DNA of 59,033 bases from Raillietiella orientalis (Eukaryota). Below, piece by piece: positions 1 to 11,375 of the stretch. Made by a program: the position numbers and the translations under genes. How positions within the stretch are numbered: position 1 is the stretch's first letter; each line of letters begins with the position of its first letter. Location of the stretch: NCBI GenBank assembly GCA_036172245.1, contig JAYWIR010000103.1:124001-183033 (forward strand), in the 5' to 3' direction. Under the pieces are notes generated by a model. That model was not told the DNA's origin, ran no database searches, and saw only the letters and a list, made by a program, of their open reading frames with translations.

Positions 1-3000
1 CCTCTCCCCGCACCTGACACAATTAGGGTTGACACCCCCCCGCGTCCAGTGGTGTCGGCGGGCGTTGCAAGGAAGCCCCCAATGCAACACCATCAGTGCC
101 GACTGTTGCCACATCATGGGGAGGGTGTGCGAGTCCATGAGCACCGGGGGCCACTCGAGATGTTCCTCTGGAACATCCAGTAGCTCTCCCCAGCGCAACA
201 GTCCATTTGGGGTGGTCCTCGGGGTCGCAGCGTTGGTGAGCTGACCCGTTCTCCAATCCACGATCTTCTTTGCCCTGCTGTCGATCTTGACAGTAACCTC
301 CCATTGTGCCGCGACGTCGCTGCCCAGATGTTCCCGTAGGGTAGGCAGTACCGCAGCAAGGGAGGTTCTTTGTGCCCACGCTCTCCTTCGGGGATTCTCG
401 ATGATTTCTCGGAGCGTGCGGCGGGCATGCGGCCCGAACAGAGCTATTCGCTCGTGTTGCGGGCTCTGCTCCTGAATCATCGCCCACGTGCGGACGGTTT
501 CCTGCAACCAGGCAGGGCCGTTCGCGGGGCGTACGAGGATCCGCGCCGAGTTGTTCTTCACGAGCTTGGCCGCCCTCCGAAGTTGAAGTCCGCAGTGGCA
601 GATGGGGCTTCGGAGTGCAAAGTAGGACGAGAGTCCCGCATTGCCGGTGGCCCGCTCGACGAGGAGACGTGCAGGGAGGCACCAAGGGGTGCACCAATTT
701 CCTGCCATAAAGGCAACAACTCGGAACTGGAGCTGTAGCTCCAGCCGCTCCAACGTCAGGAGGCCCAGACCACCATCCCGAAGAAGAGCGCACAAGTCCG
801 AAAGACGGACTCGGGGCCTCCCTCTGCCCCAAAGGGCGATCCTCAGGAGGTCCTTCGTCCTCTTCTTTGACTCCGCTGAGGGGGGGCAAACAAAAAGCAA
901 GGGGCGAAGGAGGGGGGCCGCAAACGCGTTCCACGCCGCGGCCCGTTCCTGCAGGTAGAACCTGCCGTCCTGGAACGGGCCGATCGCCGCCTGAGCCTTC
1001 TGAAGGCAGCCGGACCACGCTTCCGCAGGGGAGTACTCCCCCAACGGCACACCAAGGTACTTGAAGTACCTCACCGTGGGGATCCCCAAACGGACCCAGT
1101 CCTGCTGCCCTGCCCACGCCGCTCCGACTGGCATTACGGACGACTTCGCCCTGTTCACCGTCAGTCCTGTTCCACGACTCAGCAGGTCGAAGAAGTCCTC
1201 GACCGCCGAGGCCGGGGTGGACATAGGCCGCAGCAGCAGAAGATCGTCCGCGTACGCCGAAACCGCAGGCGTACCGGGGCAATCGCACGGCAGGTGCGCA
1301 AGAGTCTCCCTATACGCTCTCAGCACCAATTCGAAAAAGGCGCTAAAGAGCAGGGGGCTCAGGCTGTCTCCCTGCCGTATGCCGCGTCGCACCGGTACTC
1401 CGTGCACGGTTTGCCCGCTGAAAAGAACATTAATGAGCGCGTCGCGCCAGCTGGAGCGCAGGTAGGCCAACAAAGAGGCCGGGAAGCCCAAGCGTTCCAG
1501 AAGCTCCAGCAGGAGATTCTGGTCGACGCTGTCGAATGCTTTACGCAAGTCGACAGCGACCGCAAGGGCTCCCTTCCCCACCCAACCGTTCCGTCTCCCG
1601 CCAACGGACGCACCGGAATTCCGGCTGCTCAATAAGCCCCTTCCTTGTTGGAGCTCTAACCATGTGGAAGCGTGGAACAGGTTCGCCTCCGTGCTCCGCC
1701 CGGGAACAGCATAAGTCTGTTCCGGGCTGATGAAGATGTTGGCGACCCGTCCCAGGCGCTCTGCCCACATCTTGGCTATCAACTTGGCGTCCGCATTCAC
1801 TATTGTGATGGGACGCCAGTTGTTCATGCTCCTTAGGTCTCCTCCCTTCGGGAGGAGCCGCACCTTTGCTGAACGAAACGAGGTGGGAACGTCACCTGTT
1901 TCACGGATCAGCAAGGTGAGCTGATGTACCAGGGGAGTAAGCTCAGCCGCGAAAGTTTGGTAAAACTCCGCGGGCAGGCCGTCCCCCCTGGAGCCTTCCG
2001 CCTCTTGAGCTTTCCGATGGCCGAGAGGATCTCGTCCATCGTGAAAGGCTCGTCGAGGCTTCTTTTCTCCTCCTCCCCGATCGCTGGAGCACCTTCCGGA
2101 AGCAGAAGTCGTGAGACGTCCCGCTCCGGAGGCGCCCTGGCGTACAGGGAGGAGTAAAATTTTCTTACTATCCCGCGTGTCTGAGCGGGAACCGAGTGCT
2201 CCCGGCCCTGGTCGTCCAGCAAGCTGGCCGATCCGGATTGCCAGGCTTGCCTCTCGGCTCCCGCTCGGTACTCTGCTAACCTGCGCATGTCGGGGGTTCT
2301 CGCGTAACGTCGGGCCTGAAGATAGCACCTTTCGTTACGCGGCCCTTCCCCAAAACCCGCAGGTAGGCGATGCAGGGGGAACTGATCGCAGAACTCCTGG
2401 ACCGACCGCTTGAAGCGGTCCCAGTCCTGAAGTGTCTGCATCCTGAAGCTCCGAATAAACGCGCGGAGGTGCTCCGCCGCGTCGGGAAACTTCAGCCAGT
2501 CCCCTGGCAGACGCCACGCTGACGAGGGGGGGCCCTGGTCGCGCGGACGCACTTCGAACATGATCCGACCATGGTCCGACAGCTCGGATGGTACCTTGCC
2601 GCGCCTGCCCACCCGAGAGCATAGGTGCTGATCAAAGTACACGTGATCGATGCTGCTTTCCATGGCCGTGTCCCCGGCCAACAAGCTGCGCGTGTTCATT
2701 TCTGCGCACAACTCGTTGACGCGGTCGTTCAGTGTATCCGGCGCACCTGAAAGCAGGCGCAGGTTGAAATCACTTGCGATCAGGTGCGCTTTGCGAACTC
2801 CTGCATCGGTCAGCCAATAGCGTCTCAGGGCAAGGTAGAATTCCCTTCTTGCCTTCGCCTTCAACGCGTTATTTCCGCTAGGAGCGTATAGGTTGGTGAC
2901 GACCAGGTCGATAGTGTCGGACCAGCTGAGAGTCAGCTGACCGACGCGACCTGCGTCATCGAACCGAACGTCCTTTATTGCGGTCTCGATGGCTGGCCGA

Positions 3001-3236
3001 AGCAGGAAGGCGACACCGCTTGATTTCGCGGTGCCGCAACGCCACAACAGCCGCCCACCCGAGATCCGTTCGATCTCCCGGGCTTGATCTGCGGAGATCA
3101 CGTGGATCTCCTGCAGCAGCACCAGGTCGAAGGATGCCAGGGTGGCGGCCACGTCACGCCTCTTGCCGTCGTCGCTTAGCCCGTTCACGTTCCAACAGGC
3201 GATCAGAAGACGACGGCGAGAGGCGATTCCCGGCAT
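1..3236 (-). pseudogene. ORF2 of A1 (APE endonuclease, reverse transcriptase, zinc finger), frameshifted
   Basis: EN motifs WNVNG, LQE, NLYAP, SDFN, IDHV and SDH. Frameshift at KAPG(E)DG near 1985. RQGDSLSP and YADD near 1240-1380. RHHWTRGGVNPNCVRCGE at the window edge. Confidence 0.9.
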
Positions 3237-4885
3237 TATGGCTGGGAAAGTGGCGTCGCGGCACCTGCCGCGGGGCAGATGTACGAAAGGTCCATCGGTA
3301 CGAGGACCATCGGAACGAGGACGGAGGCCTCTTCAGGCGCCTGGGGTACCTGTTCGGCCTCCATCCTCACCATCCCCTCCGTGTCCGAGCGTGGAATTCT
3401 CTCGGGCGACGGGTCCCGGGAGTTTCCCACGCTCATGGCACCCTCGCTACCGGAAGCCATCTCTTCCCCTTCGTCGGGGGACACGATCTTCCGGGGCATT
3501 GTGGACTTTCGTCCTGCCTTTTTGCGGGGTGCCGCGAAGATGGATGCTGTTTTTCCGGCCTTCACCTCGGGGTCGGAAGTGGCCGACTCCTGAGGGGAAG
3601 CCGGACGCCTGACGGCCTTCTTGCCAGCCTTGGGGGCAACCGGCTGCAGCGAGGCAGCCAGCTCCTCCGCGGCGCGCTCGAAGGCGACGTCATCGAGCGT
3701 GGGCTCGATGACGGACGCCGCCGCCTCGCTCCCCTCCTTGTTGACTTTGTCAACGGAGGGTTGAGCAGGGGCAGCAGCGAGGTCTTTAGCGCCGCATCCG
3801 TCGATGGCGGGAATCCGCTCTACAACGACGCAGCAGCTTTTAATTTTTTCGCGGCGCAGAGCGGTTTCGCTCCGTTTCGCCACGTTCTTTCCCTTCTTAT
3901 GGGAGTTTTTCTTGGGGTCGACCTTCTGCCACCCTGGCTCTTGACCCTCGCCCTCGACCTTTTCGGCGTTTTTCGCCGAAGTCTCGGGGCTGGCCTTCGC
4001 CTTGGTGACGGAGGTGACCTCCTTAGCAGCAGCACGAGCTGCCAGCTTCTTCCTTTTTTTAGCCGCGCGCTTTCTCGCGTTTTTCGCGGACACGACGCGG
4101 ACTGTGTTTTGGGGGCACACCAGACGGGTGTGCCCCACTTGTTTGCATTGCTGGCACTGCACGCTCGGACACCTCATTTTAAGGTGACCAAAGCTGCTGC
4201 AGCAGCCGCAAAACTTGGGTTTCCCGACGTACCACACGTCAACGGATTCACCGTTGACGGTGAGTTTGTGGGGAAACTCACATCCCTCGCGAACCGTCAC
4301 TCGCGCTGCACCCAGGCCGCCAAGCACCCCGTCGTAATCGACAAAAGGAGTAGGCTTTCCCCACAGCGCGTGGACAGTTGCAAACTTTTCTAATTCGTTC
4401 CGGACGGCCTCCTTCGTCATCCGGAACGTGATACCGGTCAGGTGAATGATCACCGACCGGTCTTCAGTAATGGGGAGAAGCCTCCGGCTGCCCATACTTA
4501 CGGGGGTTCGCAGAAGTCTCTGCGCAAGAGTTGCCTCCTTGCAGATAACTTCCACAAATTGACCCCCGCTTCTGACGGACATAGCCAGAAGCTCCTCTTT
4601 TTGTACACCGAGAACGCGCATCGCCTGCGAAAAGGCGCGCGCGTTCTCAGGAGAATATAAACCGCCTACCTTATATAGAAGGGGTGGGTTATACCCCTCC
4701 TCCAGGTAAGCGCGCATTTCCGCCATAGCCGCTGGCGTAGGTGCCGCAGCCACGGCGTTCCAAGCCCTGGGTAGGGCCGGGGGCGCATCCGTGCTGGCGG
4801 GAGCCTCCACTGATGCGGGAGCCCCCACCTCCATCTCCTCCGGGGGCAATGAGGTCATCACTCCCGGATCCTCACCGGTGGTGGT
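3236..4885 (-). CDS. ORF1 of A1, gag-like nucleic-acid-binding protein with two CCHC zinc knuckles; appears intact
   Basis: MPDTTTGED...; knuckles CGCCSSFGHLKMRC and CQQCKQVGHTRLVC; Lys-rich and Ser/Pro-rich tail; the stop overlaps the ORF2 ATG (TAATG). The 552-aa product implies a start near 4891-4894, so the 5' coordinate is approximate. Confidence 0.85.
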   Translation of the reverse strand, partial: TTTGEDPGVMTSLPPEEMEVGAPASVEAPASTDAPPALPRAWNAVAAAPTPAAMAEMRAYLEEGYNPPLLYKVGGLYSPENARAFSQAMRVLGVQKEELLAMSVRSGGQFVEVICKEATLAQRLLRTPVSMGSRRLLPITEDRSVIIHLTGITFRMTKEAVRNELEKFATVHALWGKPTPFVDYDGVLGGLGAARVTVREGCEFPHKLTVNGESVDVWYVGKPKFCGCCSSFGHLKMRCPSVQCQQCKQVGHTRLVCPQNTVRVVSAKNARKRAAKKRKKLAARAAAKEVTSVTKAKASPETSAKNAEKVEGEGQEPGWQKVDPKKNSHKKGKNVAKRSETALRREKIKSCCVVVERIPAIDGCGAKDLAAAPAQPSVDKVNKEGSEAAASVIEPTLDDVAFERAAEELAASLQPVAPKAGKKAVRRPASPQESATSDPEVKAGKTASIFAAPRKKAGRKSTMPRKIVSPDEGEEMASGSEGAMSVGNSRDPSPERIPRSDTEGMVRMEAEQVPQAPEEASVLVPMVLVPMDLSYICPAAGAATPLSQP

Positions 4886-6129
4886 ATCAGGCATTGCTGC
4901 CTAATCCTCCACCCACACCACGCACAAGCACCAACGGAAATGGAACTCAGGAGCAACGAAAAGACACGTCCGCTCGACGCTCCGGAATCTCCAGGACTGG
5001 GACCTTTTTAAGGAATCGGTCCGCGAGTTCTGTGAGCAGTTCCCCCTGGATCGCCTGCCCCCCGGATTCGGCGAGGGTGCTCGCAACCATCGGGCCTATT
5101 TACAGGCTCGTAGGTACGAGAGAACCCCTAATGTCCGTCGCCTGGCCGAGTACCGCGCCGGGGCCGAACGCCAAGCCTGGCAATCCGGGTCGGCCAGCTT
5201 GCTGGACGACCAGGGCCGGGAATGTTCGTCCCCGGCGTCGGTACGGCATCTCGTGCGGAGTTTCTATTCCTCCCTTTACGCCAGGGAGCCCCCGGATCGA
5301 AACGCCTCTCGGCGCTTGCTTCCGGATGGCGCCCCGGCAATAAGGGAGGAGGAGATGGAAAGCCTCGACGAGCCTTTTACCACCGGCGAAATTCTCGCCG
5401 GTATCAAAAGGCTCAAGAAACGTAAAGCTCCAGGGGAAGACGGCTTGCCCGCGGAGTTCTTTCAGAGCTTCGCGGAAGAGCTGGCACCCCTGCTGCTTAA
5501 GTTGATCAGGCTGATCCGAGACGAAGGCGATGTTCCCGCCTCGTTTCGGTCAGCCAGAGTGAGGCTCCTTCCGAAAGGGGGAGACCTCAGGAATTTAAAG
5601 AACTGGCGTCCGATCACAATCGTGAATACGGACGCCAAGTTGATAGCAGGGCTATGGGCTTCGCGTCTGGGGCAGGTGGCAGAATCCGTAATTAGCCCGG
5701 AGCAGACTTATGCTGTTCCCGGTCGAAGTATGGATGCCAACCTCTTCTTCGCAAGCACATGGGTGCACCTGCAGAGAAGAGAAAAGAAAGGGATAGGGAA
5801 AGTCGGCAACCCAACATTGGGTCCGTTAGCCGGGCTGGGAAGGGACCCCCGAGCGGAGAAAGGGGCCCTAGCGCTCGCAGTCGATCTCCACAAGGCGTTG
5901 GATTTTCACCCGGATTTCGCCGGGGCGTTTATTGTAAAATAAACTTTTACAAAGACGTGCGGTGGCTGGACCATTGCTCCAGCCACGCACGAAGAAACAC
6001 AGAGCCTGCCGGGTCACCGGTTTGCAGACCGGTACGGTCCACCACGGCAGCAGGGGGAAGGGGGAAAAACAAAAAACAAAACAAAAAAGAAAAGAAAAGT
6101 TGGGAGGGTAAGGGAAGGGATCACAGTTG

Positions 6130-9100
6130 CTAGTGGGGCCGTTGCATCCTTTGTAGGATGGCGGCAAGCTCCTTCTGTATTTCTGGATCCAGGTGGGGCC
6201 ATCGGGACGCCCTCCTCAAAAACTGGGAGGCTGGCTGGATGGCACCCTGGTCGCGTAGTCCTCCCGTAGCCTTGCTCAAAGCGGTGACGTTCCCGCGTAG
6301 GCAGCACAAAGCTGCTAACGAGGCCGCTGGCCGACGGGCTTCGGGAACGAAGATGGCTTTCAGGGCGTCCCTGGGGTCGCAGCAGGGGATTCCGATGGCC
6401 GCGGCAAAGCGAAACCAAAGGGGCCGAAGGGCAACACAATCCACTAGCAGGTGGGGGAGGGACTCCCGTTCCCCACACCTGACGCAATTGGGGTCCACCG
6501 CTCCCCAGGTCCAGTGGTGTCGGCGGGCGTTGCAGGGGAGTCCCCAGTGCTGCAACAGGAGAGCCGACTCCTGCCATTTTAAGGGGAGGGCGGAAGTGTT
6601 CATGAGCACCGGGGGCCAATTCAGATGTTCAATGGGAACATCGAGCAGCGCGCCCCAGCGCAGAAGTCCATTGGGAGGCGTACTCGGGGTCGCAGCGTCT
6701 GTTAACTGGCCCGTCTTCCACTCTCCTATCTTCTCCTTTCCGGAGATTGTTACTGTAACCACCCACTTCGCCGCAACATCGCTGTCCAGATCTTCCATCA
6801 GGGAGGGCAGCGCAGCAGCGAGGGGGGTTCTTCCTGCCCACGCTCTCTTCTTTGGATCCTCCAGGATCTCGCGGAGCGTGCAACTTCTGTAACCCCCAAA
6901 CAGGAACCTTCGTTCCTGTTGGGAGCGTTGCATGCCGAACCGTCCCCACGTTCGAACGGTTTCCTGCAACCAGGCACTACCGTTAAACGGGCGACAGGTG
7001 AGCAATCCTGGGTTTTTCCGATACAGCGCAGCCACCCTCCGTAGCTGGAGTCCGCATCGGTTGACGCGGCGACGGAGTGCAAGAAACGACGTCAGTCCCG
7101 TCTTACCGGTGGCTTGCTGGAGAAGGAAACGTGCAGGGACGCACCAACAGGTGCACCACAACTCTGGAACGAGTGCCGACAAGCGGAACTGGAGCTGAAG
7201 CTCCAGCCGCTCCAGCGTCAGGAGGCCCAGACCACCATCCCGACGAGGAGCGCACAAGTCCTTTAAGCGGACTCGGGCCCTCCCGTTGCCCCAAAGGGCG
7301 ATACGGAGGAGGTCCTTTGTCCGCTTTTTAATCCTCTCTGTGGGGAAGCAAACTAAAAGCAGGGGGCGGAGGAGAGGAGCCGCGAACGTGTTCCAAACCG
7401 CGGCCCGTTCAGGCAGGAAAAACCTGCCGCCTCGGAACGGGCCGATCGCCGTCTCTACTTTTTGAAGGCAGCCGGACCACGCTTCCGCAGGGGAGTAGTC
7501 CCCCAACGGCACACGAAGGTACTTCAAATACCTCACCGTGGGGATCCCCAAACGGACCCAGTCCTGCTGCCATGTCCACGCCGCACAAAGTTGCATCACG
7601 GACGACTTCGTCCTGTTCACCGTAAGTCCGGTTCCCCGATGCAGCAGGTCGAAGAACTCCTCGACCGCCGTAGCCGGGGTGGACATAGGGAGCAGCAGCA
7701 GAAGGTCGTCCGCGTATGCTGAAACGGCCGGCGTACCGGCACAATCGTGCGGCAGGTGCGCCAGAGTTCCCCTGTACGCTCTCAGTACCAACTCAAAGTA
7801 GGTACTGAAGAGCAAGGGGCTCAGGCTGTCTCCCTGCCGGATCCCACGCCGCACCGGCACGCCGTGCACCGTCTGCCCGCTGAAAGCAACATTGATGAGC
7901 GCGTCGCGCCAGCAGGAGCGCAGATAGGTCACTAATGAGGCCGGGAAGCCCAAGCGTTCCAAAAGCTCCAGAAGGAGATTCTGGTCGACGCAATCGAATG
8001 CTTTCTGCAAGTCGATTGCGACCGTAAGGGCTCCCTCCCCCACCCGACCATCCAACCCCTTGCCGGCGCACGCACCGGAATTCCGGCTGCGCACCAAGCT
8101 CCTTTCATGTTGGAGCTCTAGCCAGGTGGAAGCGTGGAACAGGTTCGCCTCCATGCTTCGCCCGGGAACAGCATATGTCTGTTCCGGGCTGATGAAGATG
8201 TTGGCAACCCGTCCCAGACGCTCTGCCCAAACCTTGGCCACCAACTTGGCGTCCGCATTCACTATTGTGATGGGACGCCAGTTGTTCATGCTCCTCAGAT
8301 CTCCTCCCTTAGGGAGGAGCCGCACCTTTGCCGAACCAAACGAGGCGGGAACGTAACCTGTTTCTCGTATCAGCAAGGTGAATTGCTGTACCAGGGGGGT
8401 AAGCTCAGCCGCGAAAGTTTGAAAAAACTCCGCGGGCAGGCCGTCCTCCCCTGGAGTTTTTCGCCTCTTGAGCCTTCCGATGGCCGAGAGGATCTCGTCC
8501 ATCGTGAAAGGCTCGTCGAGGGTCTTGCTCTGCTCCTCCCCGATCGCTGGAGTGCCTTCCGGAAGCAGGAGTCGTGAGACGTTCCTCTCCGGAGGTGCCC
8601 TGGCATACAGGGAGGAGTAGTAACTCCGCAGCAGGCCGCGCATTTGGGCAGGTGCCGAGTGCTCCTGGCCCTGATCGTCCAGTAAGCTGGCCGATCCGGA
8701 CTGCCAGGCTTGCCTCAAGGCTCCCGCTTTGTATTCCGCCAGCCTGCGGATGTCGGGGGTCCTGGCGTAACGACAGGCCTGCAGGTAGGCTCGTTCGTTA
8801 CGGACCCCGGTCCCAAAACCCGTAGGTAGGCGGTGCAGAGGAAACTGGTCGCAGAACTCCTGGACCGACCGCTTGAAGCGGTCCCAATCCTGGAGTGTCC
8901 GCAGCCTGAAGCTCCGTATGAACTTGCGGAGATGTTCCGCCGCGTCCGGGAGCTTCAGCCAGTCCCCTGGGAGACGCCACGCTGACGAGGGGGGACCCCT
9001 GTCGCGCGGATGGATCTCGAGGACTAGCGGGCGATGGTCGGACAGCTCGCACGGTAACCTGCCGCGGCTGCCCACGCGAGGGCACAGGTGCTCGTCAAGA

Positions 9101-9699
9101 AACACGTGGTCAATGCTGTCTTCCATCCCCGGTGCACTGGCCAACAGATTACAGGTGTGCACCGCCATGCACACCTCGTTGACCAGGTCACGCTCGGGAT
9201 TCTGCTCATCTGGTTTCAGGCGAACGTTGAAATCGCCTGCAACCAGATGGGCATTCCACACGCCTGCTTCGGTCAGCCAGTCTCGCCGGAGGGCAAGGAA
9301 AAACTCTTTCCTCGCCCTCCTGTTCATCAGGTCCTTGCCGCTCGGTGCGTACACGTTCGTGACGATCAGATCGATCGAGTCGGACCACCTGAGAGTCAGC
9401 TGGCCGACACGACCGTGATCGTCGAACCGCACGCCCCGAGCCGCGGCCTCGACGGCTGGCCAAAGCAGGTAGGCGACACCGCAACTTTTCGCTCTCCCAC
9501 ACCTGTACCATAGCCGCCCTCCGGAGATCCGTTCGATCTCTTGCGCTTGTTCTGCAGAGATCACGTGGATCTCCTGCAGCAGCGCAAGGTCGTAGGACTC
9601 CAGAAGGGCAAATATGTCTCGTCTCCTGCCGGCGTCTGTCATGCCGTTCACGTTCCAAACGGCGATGCGCAGACGACGGCAGGAGGAGATTCCCGGCAT
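6130..9699 (-). CDS. Open ORF2 of B1, 1189 aa: APE endonuclease, reverse transcriptase, C-terminal zinc finger
   Basis: EN motifs WNVNG, LQE, NVYAP, GDFN, IDHVF, SDH. RT motifs PGEDG, NWRPI, DLQKAFD, RQGDSLSP, YADD. Finger CVRCGERESLPHLLVDC. YLG is changed to YLR. Confidence 0.96.
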   Translation of the reverse strand: MPGISSCRRLRIAVWNVNGMTDAGRRRDIFALLESYDLALLQEIHVISAEQAQEIERISGGRLWYRCGRAKSCGVAYLLWPAVEAAARGVRFDDHGRVGQLTLRWSDSIDLIVTNVYAPSGKDLMNRRARKEFFLALRRDWLTEAGVWNAHLVAGDFNVRLKPDEQNPERDLVNEVCMAVHTCNLLASAPGMEDSIDHVFLDEHLCPRVGSRGRLPCELSDHRPLVLEIHPRDRGPPSSAWRLPGDWLKLPDAAEHLRKFIRSFRLRTLQDWDRFKRSVQEFCDQFPLHRLPTGFGTGVRNERAYLQACRYARTPDIRRLAEYKAGALRQAWQSGSASLLDDQGQEHSAPAQMRGLLRSYYSSLYARAPPERNVSRLLLPEGTPAIGEEQSKTLDEPFTMDEILSAIGRLKRRKTPGEDGLPAEFFQTFAAELTPLVQQFTLLIRETGYVPASFGSAKVRLLPKGGDLRSMNNWRPITIVNADAKLVAKVWAERLGRVANIFISPEQTYAVPGRSMEANLFHASTWLELQHERSLVRSRNSGACAGKGLDGRVGEGALTVAIDLQKAFDCVDQNLLLELLERLGFPASLVTYLRSCWRDALINVAFSGQTVHGVPVRRGIRQGDSLSPLLFSTYFELVLRAYRGTLAHLPHDCAGTPAVSAYADDLLLLLPMSTPATAVEEFFDLLHRGTGLTVNRTKSSVMQLCAAWTWQQDWVRLGIPTVRYLKYLRVPLGDYSPAEAWSGCLQKVETAIGPFRGGRFFLPERAAVWNTFAAPLLRPLLLVCFPTERIKKRTKDLLRIALWGNGRARVRLKDLCAPRRDGGLGLLTLERLELQLQFRLSALVPELWCTCWCVPARFLLQQATGKTGLTSFLALRRRVNRCGLQLRRVAALYRKNPGLLTCRPFNGSAWLQETVRTWGRFGMQRSQQERRFLFGGYRSCTLREILEDPKKRAWAGRTPLAAALPSLMEDLDSDVAAKWVVTVTISGKEKIGEWKTGQLTDAATPSTPPNGLLRWGALLDVPIEHLNWPPVLMNTSALPLKWQESALLLQHWGLPCNARRHHWTWGAVDPNCVRCGERESLPHLLVDCVALRPLWFRFAAAIGIPCCDPRDALKAIFVPEARRPAASLAALCCLRGNVTALSKATGGLRDQGAIQPASQFLRRASRWPHLDPEIQKELAAILQRMQRPH

Positions 9700-9713
9700 T
9701 ACTGCTGGGAAGA

Positions 9714-11375
9714 TTAAGGTGTGGGGGAGCCCTCCTCTTGCGAGGCGGGCGGGATGTCCATGGGGGTTTCGGCCTTCTCAGGCACCTGAGGCACCTGTTC
9801 GGCCTCCACCCCCTCCATCCCCTCCGTGTCCGTGCGTGGGAGTCTCTCGGGCGACGGGTCCCGAGAGTTTCCCACGCTCATGGCACCCTCGCTTGCGGAA
9901 GCCATCTCTTCCCCTTCGACGGGGGAGACGAGCTTCCTTGGCTTTGTGGACTTACGTCCAGCCTTCTTGCGCGGTGCCGTAGAAACGGAGGCTGCGGTTC
10001 CGGCCTCCACCTCGGGGTCGGAAGTGGGGAACATCTGAGGGGAGGCCGGACGCCTTACGGCCTTCTTGCCAGCCTTGGAGGGTTCTGGCTGCAAAGAGGC
10101 TGCCAGCTCCTCCGCGGCTCGCGCGAAGGCTACGTCATCGATGGTGGTGTCGATAACGGACGCCGCCGCCGGTTCGCTCCCCTCGCTGTTGTCTGTGTCA
10201 ACAGAGGGGAGTTCGTCGGTAGCGGCGAGTTCGTTCCGGCAGCGTTCGGCAACATCGAGAACGCGTTCGACAACGACGCTGCACTCTTTAATTATGGCGC
10301 GACCCTGCTCTTTCTTCTTCTATTGGTAGGCGATTTTCTTTTCCATCCTCCTCTCCTTCTTTGATTTTTTGGCTGTTGCCACTTGCCACTCAGTCTCCTG
10401 GCCGGCTCCCTCAACTTTTTCCGCGTTGGTCGCCGGGGTCACGGGTGCGGCCTGGGTCTTGGGCGCGGGTGGCACAGCCTTCGCGGCAGCTTTCGCCTCC
10501 AGTCTTTTCTGCAGAAGCCGGGCGCGTTTTTTAAGGTTTCTCTTGGAAACCACCCGCACTGCTGCTTTTGGGCACACCTCCCTCGTGTGGCCCATTGTGC
10601 CGCATACTTGGCACTGCACATTGGGACACCTCTTTTTGAGGTGGCCCGACGTATTGCAGAAGCCACAGTATTTCGGCTTCCCCCCATACCAGAGGTCGAC
10701 GGTTTCGCCTTCGACCACCAGTTTGTGGGGAAGAGTGCAGCCCTCCCGAACGGTCACGCGCGCAGCAGTGAGGCCGTGTTGCAGCCCCGTGTAGTCCTCG
10801 AAAGGACTAACTTTCGTCCACTGCGCGTGGACCGTTCCAAACTGTTCCAAAGCGGCGCGAACCTGTTCTTTGCGCATTCGCGCGGTCACGCCTAACAGGT
10901 GGACCACCATGCTGCGGTCCGCCGTATTGGGGAGAAGCCTGCGCGTCCCCATCACAACGGTGGTTTTAAGCAGTCGTTGGGCCAGCTCTGCATGTTTGCA
11001 GATGACCTCAACGTACTGACCCCCGCTGCGGAAGGTCATAGCGCTGAGCTCCTCCTCTTTCACATCGAGAGCGCGCATGCCCTTCGAGAAGGCGCGCGCG
11101 CTCTCTAAAGAATATAAATTGCCTACCTTGTAGAACAATGAGGGGTTGTACCCCTCCTCTACATAGGCCGACAATTCCGCCGCGGCTGCAGGCGATGGCG
11201 CCGACACACCGGCGCTTCACGCCCGCGCTGCAGCAGGGACCGATCCTGTGGGGGCGCATGCCCCCACCTCCATCTCCTCCGGGGGCGACGTTGCTGCCGC
11301 CCCCTGGCTCTCCATCGCCTCTGGGGGCGGCGTTGCCGCTGCCCCCTGGCCATTCCTGGTGCTCGCGTCAGGCAT
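9714..11375 (-). pseudogene. ORF1 of B1 (CCHC knuckles) with two in-frame nonsense codons
   Basis: Collinear with the intact B2 ORF1. TGG>TGA at ~11217 and a TAG at ~10320. Knuckles CGFCNTSGHLKKRC and CQVCGTMGHTREVC. Confidence 0.9.

Larger units (their letters stand above)
1..4976 (-). mobile_element. Non-LTR retrotransposon A1 (L1/Tx1-like), 5' end intact, 3' end outside the window; inserted antisense into element D
   Basis: ORF1 and ORF2 on the minus strand. 5' end reads cgagcGGACGTGTCTTTTCG. Host ORF2 resumes on + at ~4977 (TLRNLQDWDLFKESVREFC). Confidence 0.93.

Noticed and set aside
22..29. TTAGGG telomere-like hexamer
   Set aside because: It is a single copy inside ORF2 coding sequence (N-P-N on the minus strand), and there is no telomeric array in the window.
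2978..4393. Long antisense or alternative-frame ORFs (2978-4393 +, 23-1288 -, 22143-23609 -, 13866-14780 +)
   Set aside because: They are shadows of GC-rich retrotransposon ORFs, have no motifs, and are not conserved between copies.
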